Shown here: positions 58,138 to 64,000 of the stretch, piece after piece
Position numbering within the stretch: position 1 is the first letter of the stretch
Layout: each line of letters starts with the position of its first letter
Origin: Candidatus Bathyarchaeota archaeon
GTDB taxonomy: Archaea; Thermoproteota; Bathyarchaeia; 40CM-2-53-6; RBG-13-38-9
Direction: 5' to 3'
NCBI GenBank assembly: GCA_963807605.1
Contig: CAWECG010000004.1
Coordinates: 384,001-448,000, forward strand
DNA length: 64,000 nucleotides
Program-made: the position numbers and the translations under genes
Notes under the pieces: generated by a model
Seen by the model: the letters and a program-made list of their open reading frames with translations, nothing else
Told to the model about the DNA's origin: nothing
The model's database searches: none

Positions 58138-58158
58138 TGGTGCGGGGAGTGGGATTTG
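58138..58158 (-). other. 3'-terminal fragment of a tRNA (probably Leu); att-like remnant
   Basis: Minus strand reads CAAATCCCACTCCCCGCACCA (T-loop end, T-stem, acceptor 3' strand, A, CCA); no 5' half is adjacent. Confidence 0.7.
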
Positions 58159-58464
58159 GATTAAGTTCGGTTCCCTAACCTTACACTAATTACCAGCTGA
58201 TGATCAACGTTTCTCAGATATCACACTTGTCGTTCTAACAGTTCAAATTCGGGCGCTCTCACCAGCATGTCACACACACAAAATTGCGTGTTCCTCGCTT
58301 CGCTCGCATAACCATTCCTTTGGTTTTCCTTTTTTGTTGGTGGTAGGCGATATGGTACCAATCTCGGATCGCTCTACATTTAGAAGCAAAGGCGACCAGG
58401 TTAGGTCACGGTGCCCACGCTGACGCTAGCAGCGCATTATCGTTTCGATAACGATACGATACTC

Positions 58465-58842
58465 TCAGAGATGTAGCTGCAGGACTGTGACGACAAAGCC
58501 TCTACGTTTCGCGTACTTCATGAAACGCCTCTGACCTGGCGTGAGGCTGCTGTTATTGACCTTGACCTCCAGAAACGCCAGGGTCGAGCCTGTATTCACA
58601 AGATAGTCCACACCAGAAGCTCCAGGCCGAGGATCCCTCAAGAAGTGCCTTAAGACCGCTGCGACTTTCTGCTGCTGCTCCTCTGATCCCTGGCTGTATG
58701 TTGCCAGGCTTGAAGTGTCCGCACGTGTGAATTGCCAGCGCTTCCCCTTAAGCCAGCTCTCGACCGCCTGCTCTCCTCTCTCCCCTACCGATAGCCAAGG
58801 CTTGCCGTCCATTTCATCAAACATTCCTGATAGTGCGGACAC
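58465..58842 (-). CDS. Small PD-(D/E)XK nuclease (VRR-NUC/resolvase-like)
   Basis: GERGEQAV, GVDYLV, FLEVK, LTPGQ..F. Confidence 0.75.
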   Translation of the reverse strand: MSALSGMFDEMDGKPWLSVGERGEQAVESWLKGKRWQFTRADTSSLATYSQGSEEQQQKVAAVLRHFLRDPRPGASGVDYLVNTGSTLAFLEVKVNNSSLTPGQRRFMKYAKRRGFVVTVLQLHL

Positions 58843-58866
58843 CTAGACCCTCTCGGACGTTGCAGG

Positions 58867-60006
58867 TTAGGTCAGCAGATACGATTTAACGCACGAAATC
58901 ACGTCCTTAAGATCGAGGGACGCAAGGTCTTCAAAGTACTCGTGGAGCTGCGGCTTGTGTCCTCTCGCCTCAGATGACAGCTCAAACCTCCGCTCTGAGG
59001 GCAGGTTCAGAAGTAGAGCGCATCTTATCAGAGTTCTAACGGCGCTTTCGTGCTCCTCTTGCGCATCTCTGAAATGCTTACTTTCCTTGAAAACAATTCT
59101 CCCCTCCTCATCGCAGCTGCAAAGTCCAACGTCTTCCTTAGCAAAATCGTCTCTCGTGCAATAAGGTCCCGCAACAAAACCTTGGGTGTAAAATGTGCTC
59201 ACGCTTATGTATTTCTCCAGTTGGCCTATGCCGCTTCCGGTCGAATGAGATTTCGTTCCCCTATCATAAGATTCAGCTTCAACGCAAGCTATCTCTGTCT
59301 TCCCGTCAAGGCGTGGAAGCTTCTCCGCATTCTCACGCTGGGGAAGCAACTCCAATTCCTCAATGAACGCCCCTTTTGACAGTAGACCCCCATCGACCAG
59401 AGCTTTAAGATATTCAGGAATGTAGTAACCGTAAATGTCTCCACCGCCGACTGTGTAATTTCCCACGAAGTATCCCATTTCTCTAAGCTTCAAACCGGTC
59501 ACGTATTCCCAGAAATCTTCCCCAGAACCGCATGCAGCCCAAACAATACAATCAGTGGGGTTAAGTCCAAGGCTTCGGGTCTCTTCCACGAACTCTTTGA
59601 AGCGAAATGGCCCTATGTTCCCCCTCCTAGAGACTGGTGGATCTCTGATAAACAGGTACTTTTCAGACTTGAAGTCTGGAAATAGCTCTAGATATTTTGA
59701 GATTGGAAGAGAGAGTAAAGCAGTAAGTTCGTTGGTCCTGTAGATATATTCGAGATCGGTCCCTGGGTATGATCGTAGTTGTAGCTGTTCTTGGTAGGAT
59801 GAGCCTCCTACAAGGGGGTTGAACTTGATTCCGAGTCTCTCGTTGTAGACGAAAGTTGCACTTGTATAGATCGATAGAATGATAGCGTCTCTGGCACTGA
59901 TTACAAAATCTGCTTTGTTGCTGGGGTCTTTTCGGAAGATCGAGAAGTTACTCAACACCTTTTTGGCGGTCTGCGAATCTAGCAGACGCTCTCTTGTCTT
60001 GGGTAT
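58867..60006 (-). CDS. Hypothetical protein, possible restriction-endonuclease-like fold
   Basis: EDFWEY...GGD...CVEAES...GIGQL pattern; frame is open to ATA 60006, which follows GGAGG. Confidence 0.55.
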   Translation of the reverse strand: MPKTRERLLDSQTAKKVLSNFSIFRKDPSNKADFVISARDAIILSIYTSATFVYNERLGIKFNPLVGGSSYQEQLQLRSYPGTDLEYIYRTNELTALLSLPISKYLELFPDFKSEKYLFIRDPPVSRRGNIGPFRFKEFVEETRSLGLNPTDCIVWAACGSGEDFWEYVTGLKLREMGYFVGNYTVGGGDIYGYYIPEYLKALVDGGLLSKGAFIEELELLPQRENAEKLPRLDGKTEIACVEAESYDRGTKSHSTGSGIGQLEKYISVSTFYTQGFVAGPYCTRDDFAKEDVGLCSCDEEGRIVFKESKHFRDAQEEHESAVRTLIRCALLLNLPSERRFELSSEARGHKPQLHEYFEDLASLDLKDVISCVKSYLLT

Positions 60007-60062
60007 TGCTCGTTCCCTCCTATGAGGTGCTCATCTAACAGGATTGAGCCCATTACACGAGA

Positions 60063-60335
60063 TTAACGCTTTATCTGAAGGTTAGACCGTAGAGACGTTA
60101 ACTCAGCGTTGACTCGCACCACTTTTTCCTCTGTATCAAGTTTCAACACTTGTTTGAAATGTCTTTCTGCGCTTTTGTTGAGTTTTGGTATGAAGTCAAC
60201 TTTTTGCCCTTTGGTACTCCAAACAGGTGAGACTCCTCGGTCAGCAAGCCATTTTAACACTCCCTCCGGAGAACCGAGATTCCACTCTCGAAGAAGCGAC
60301 TTTGGCATACTAGAACCAACGGACACGTTCAACAC
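60063..60335 (-). CDS. Small hypothetical protein or fragment
   Basis: 90-aa ORF co-oriented with downstream genes. Confidence 0.35.
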   Translation of the reverse strand: MLNVSVGSSMPKSLLREWNLGSPEGVLKWLADRGVSPVWSTKGQKVDFIPKLNKSAERHFKQVLKLDTEEKVVRVNAELTSLRSNLQIKR

Positions 60336-60552
60336 TTGCTTGCTATTTAGTTTTTGTTGATTAGTCGGTCACGCTTCAGGAGGAAGTTGAACCGTCGTTT
60401 CTGTCAGTTTTGTGCGTGTGCTCACCAGCTATGGCACACACGTCGTAACGGCTCGCTATCGCTCGCCGTGAACCATCAGGGGAAGAACCCCTGAAACCCC
60501 TCTCTGCCGAAGATCTTAAAGGATAGCATCTTGCACTCTAAATAGGGTCTTA

Positions 60553-61101
60553 ATGACCCAAGATAAACTAAGATGGTGGAAGATAGTACTATTTGCAGTG
60601 CCTTTACTCGTTACAATAATTCTTGCAGTCTATGTTTCAGCCGCTATCCTGTACACTTCAACCTTAACAAGTCAATACTCTATATCTTCGGCTAATTATC
60701 AGATAACTGTTCGACTCATTGGGTCAGGTGGTGGTGGTACCATCATAGACCCAACCAGTACAATCTATTGGAATAACGCTATAGCTTTGACTGCCGGACA
60801 TACATACGACTCACAATTTCTTTTTAGTGGTTTAATATATGCTACTCTCTGCATGCAAGTGATAAATACTGGAGCAAACACTGTTACACTAAGCGTTTCA
60901 TCAAATCTTCCGGCTAGTCAAGGAACAATAAGTTGGTCCGACTATACTGGGGTTAACGCTATCAGTGGAAACTCAGTTAATAGTCCCTTGGCTCCAGGAG
61001 GTTCCACGGGGACAATCATTCTACATCTCAATTTAGCATCGACCGCCCAGCCAACAACGGGTATTGCGACATTTCACATATATGTCAATGCAAATGGCTA
61101 G
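60553..61101 (+). CDS. Secreted/surface beta-rich protein
   Basis: N-terminal basic plus hydrophobic signal; S/T/G/N-rich; V.NTG..TVTL and LAPG Ig-like motifs. Confidence 0.75.
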   Translation: MTQDKLRWWKIVLFAVPLLVTIILAVYVSAAILYTSTLTSQYSISSANYQITVRLIGSGGGGTIIDPTSTIYWNNAIALTAGHTYDSQFLFSGLIYATLCMQVINTGANTVTLSVSSNLPASQGTISWSDYTGVNAISGNSVNSPLAPGGSTGTIILHLNLASTAQPTTGIATFHIYVNANG

Positions 61102-61184
61102 CAAGATTACTCTGCCATCGCATGCTGTCCGCTTTATAATGCGGGGGAATTGACCTGAGGGGCCGGCTCAAATACGTAGTAGCC

Positions 61185-61874
61185 ATGTTAGCTTTTCTTA
61201 GCCTTGTGGCTCTAGCTAGAGCAGCAGTCCAGTACACATCCACGTTCACAAGCGAATATAGTGTGGCTCCCATCACAACAACTACCTCAACCCCTGCCAC
61301 AACAACAACTACTTCGGGAAGCACGTCAACAACAACTACCTCAACCATTACCACTCCTCACGCACGTGTCCCCCCAGGATTAGAGGGAGCCTGGGCACAT
61401 TCAAATATGAGTGTTGGCGCAAGGGCAGTGACTCAGGCCATATTTCTGAGAGGGCACCACGCGGTAGAGCTAGCATCTATAGCCATAACGGCAAACTCTA
61501 GCAACCAAATGATCCGGAATGTCGCTTACAACGATACGATTGTCCAAGTAGGGTTTGATCATAATGCGTCCTGCCAGTTGCTCATCAACTCATCTGCGAT
61601 GCCAACTGCAGTGTACGCAGATGACATAGTGCTCTTGGAGAAGCAATCAACGGCTGGATTGACGCCTCAGAGTGAGGCATGGGTCTACAACCAGAATAGT
61701 AGCGCCATTACAATCTTCGCTGATCCGTCAACCGTTACCATCTTCTATGGCTCAGCACCAGTTCCGGAATTTCCTGTCGCTTCAACTAGTCTATTGCTGC
61801 TCGTAACCTTCACTGCAGCCATAATTGTGGCCACACTAACAAGAAGAGAAGAAGGAAGAGGGCAAAAGCAGTAG
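61185..61874 (+). CDS. Secreted protein with a Thr-rich linker and a PEF-CTERM-type sorting signal
   Basis: Signal peptide, poly-T linker, C-terminal PVPEFP + TM helix + RR. Confidence 0.8.
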   Translation: MLAFLSLVALARAAVQYTSTFTSEYSVAPITTTTSTPATTTTTSGSTSTTTTSTITTPHARVPPGLEGAWAHSNMSVGARAVTQAIFLRGHHAVELASIAITANSSNQMIRNVAYNDTIVQVGFDHNASCQLLINSSAMPTAVYADDIVLLEKQSTAGLTPQSEAWVYNQNSSAITIFADPSTVTIFYGSAPVPEFPVASTSLLLLVTFTAAIIVATLTRREEGRGQKQ

Positions 61875-62132
61875 AGGCGCCGCCACAAGCCTAACGACAA
61901 ACTTCCACGATCCCCTGAAACCTCTGAACCAGCCTCAGAACTTCATAAGAATGCCCCTACATATGTAGAGTCAGAATTCGGTCCAATTATAACCGAACAG
62001 GACCCCACCACGCCACAAAACACAGAGAAAGAGTTCTAAGAGATGTGAATAGTCGGTCAATCGACCTTGAATGCGCTCTATGGTGTCATGCTTTCCATCG
62101 TTTTGTTTCAGTTCAATGTCTGACGTGATTGG

Positions 62133-62480
62133 TCAATCTTGCTTCGGAGAATAGGCATGAGCAATGAAGAACGATACGAGATCTTTTGAAGCGTGCCATG
62201 CTGCGACATGTATCCCTTCGTGTGCCAACTGAGCTCCATATCGGACTAATTCATGTTGCGGAATAAGTGCGACCCATACGCAGTTTGGCATCCTTCGCCT
62301 TCTGGCCTTTATCTTCTGGAGCACGTTAGACACATCTGGCATCCTGAAATATACCTCGAAGCATACACGGTTCCCCGAAGCTGTCGTAGCAGTAACGTCA
62401 ATCTCCCCAGCTCTCTGCCCTTTTACAGGTGCTTCCCTTTCATATTGGCGGTAGTCCTCGTGGGTCAACTCTCTGACCAA
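62133..62480 (-). CDS. Small PD-(D/E)XK-like protein
   Basis: RE.PV....GEIDV.A......CFEV pattern with the usual Lys absent; start uncertain. Confidence 0.5.
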   Translation of the reverse strand: MVRELTHEDYRQYEREAPVKGQRAGEIDVTATTASGNRVCFEVYFRMPDVSNVLQKIKARRRRMPNCVWVALIPQHELVRYGAQLAHEGIHVAAWHASKDLVSFFIAHAYSPKQD

Positions 62481-62783
62481 TGCATTTAACCCATCGCCAT
62501 GTGAAACAAAATAGTCGATAAGCTCATCCTGATTTCGGAACGTGTCAACACCTCATAGTCTAAAGTTACATTATCACAAAGATAAAGTCTAGAGAATGAA
62601 GCACTTCGCCTTGATGTCGTCACTGCTAATGATCGTGATCCTCTCCAGATTCATAGTAGCCTTCGGTGTTGCATACGTCAGGTCTAAACGCATGAGCCTT
62701 AGCCATATTATGGTGAGTTCTATGCCTTCCCACGGTTATAGGATAGCCCTTCAGATAAGAAACCCTAAAGGACTCGATGTGGC

Positions 62784-63416
62784 ATGGTCAGAATATACCT
62801 GGACATAGAAACATACAGGCCCAAAAAAGAAGGCGCTTTCACAGATGAGAAGATAGTCTTAGTCGGGTTAATCCGAGACGAAACTCTCTACAAGGAGAAC
62901 AGTCTGAGAGAACGTGCCGAACCCATCCTCTTTTCCGAGTGGCCGGAAGGTTCAGAGAAACAGATACTCGTGTCCACATTTGAATTCATAGAGCAAATGA
63001 CCCAAACCCACAAGTTCACTATAATCGTAGGGTTCAACATTCTCCGGTACGACATCCCCTTGATGATCGTTAAGGCGACCGACCACGGGATTCAGAAAGT
63101 TGACGATATTTCTAAGTTCTGGTACAATGTTTTCACTGCAGACTATTTTCAAGAACTTTTACCAGCCAACCAGAACTTGTTCAAAGGACTAAGACTGGAC
63201 AGGCTCGTAGAAAAGGCAAAAGAGCTTGGTGCGGATCCTCCTGAGATCTTCGGAACTGGTGCGGATGTCAAAGAATGGTATGAAAAAAAGATGTACGACA
63301 AGATTGAGAAGCACATCACACAAGACCTGCAGATTGCCCGCTGGCTTGACCTATTTGGTGCGAAGCGTCTAATTGCCGAATCGCTTCGACTTCAAGCTCC
63401 GCTTTTCCGGGAGTGA
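62784..63416 (+). CDS. RNase H-fold 3'-5' exonuclease (DEDD, PolB-exonuclease-like)
   Basis: YLDIET, GFNILRYDIP, HITQDL. Confidence 0.85.
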   Translation: MVRIYLDIETYRPKKEGAFTDEKIVLVGLIRDETLYKENSLRERAEPILFSEWPEGSEKQILVSTFEFIEQMTQTHKFTIIVGFNILRYDIPLMIVKATDHGIQKVDDISKFWYNVFTADYFQELLPANQNLFKGLRLDRLVEKAKELGADPPEIFGTGADVKEWYEKKMYDKIEKHITQDLQIARWLDLFGAKRLIAESLRLQAPLFRE

Positions 63417-63440
63417 GCCAACAAAGCACTTGACTCCGAC

Positions 63441-63629
63441 ATGACGCTACAACCTAGCACATAAGCTACAACAGCAACACCTACGCCTACCATAGGACCA
63501 TCTACCGCTCAACCAAGCTTAGACACCAGTACTCTCGAAATGTTAGCTGGAGTGGTAATCGTCGTTCTTGTAGTTGCTGGAGTCTTCATCAGAAAAAGAA
63601 GGAAAGCCCCCACGAAGGCTTCAGAATAA
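63441..63629 (+). pseudogene. Orphan C-terminal fragment of a membrane-anchored surface protein
   Basis: In-frame stop at 63462, then ATTATPTPT...LAGVVIVVLVVAGVFIRKRRK. Confidence 0.6.
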
Positions 63630-64000
63630 ACTCGCCAGTGGAGCTTTGTTTATCTTATTACACATCTTTGCCCAAGTTTTCTATCCTCCTAACACTTTCT
63701 TCGATCGACGCTAAGCATCAGTCGTCCAGCCTAGCAAGACGTCAGATTCTAGTGGTGGGTATCTTTTGATGAGGGCGTCCAAATCTGAACCGCTGGGCAC
63801 TAGAGTACTATTTGCTGCATCCAGTAAATTCATTTGACCAAGTGCGATGTAATGATGCGATCGCCGGGACTCAAATTGCTAGCCTTCTATTTCTAGGACT
63901 TGGGAAATTGGTCCGAGTCTACTCCACTTCTGCGACCCTTATCTTCTCTATTGACTTCTTCCAAGCTCTTTTTCATGGTCCAGCCAAGGGAAGAGAGGTA

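Larger units (their letters stand above)
55697..64000. mobile_element. tRNA-Arg-associated integrated element / accessory island; right end not identified
   Basis: Integrase next to tRNA; loss of housekeeping genes; repeats, nucleases and gene debris. No second copy of the tRNA-Arg 3' end was seen. Confidence 0.7.

Noticed and set aside
63630-64000. Possible gene at the window end
   Set aside because: The minus-strand frame examined is interrupted by stops and nothing was recognisable.

Overview
Archaeal chromosomal DNA of TACK type, most consistent with Bathyarchaeia. This is inferred from eukaryote-like topoisomerase IB, topoisomerase IA, crenarchaeal-type PolB1, rpS25e, class I LysRS, Fae-Hps, CofE, CobQ and an ASKHA corrinoid activase. 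Positions 1-55.2 kb are mostly housekeeping and metabolic genes. They include tandem BKACE paralogs, two inositol-phosphate synthase paralogs, an intact IS5-family element, a frameshifted DNA ligase and several small pseudogenes. The stand-out locus is a tightly coupled 12-gene operon (36058-46402). It combines a Hyc-like group 4 [NiFe]-hydrogenase, HdrB, a cluster-free HdrC-tail protein, a lipoyl-carrier (GcvH-like) protein and a GlcD/GlcF(HdrD)-type 2-hydroxyacid dehydrogenase module. From 55.6 kb, an intron-containing tRNA-Arg(GCG) is followed by a tyrosine integrase and an accessory island. The island carries an 11-6-11 palindrome, iteron-like repeats, a tRNA-Leu 3' remnant, a duplicated hairpin motif, several PD-(D/E)XK nucleases and two secreted proteins sharing an N-terminal motif. 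All calls rest on motif recognition by eye; no database searches were run.
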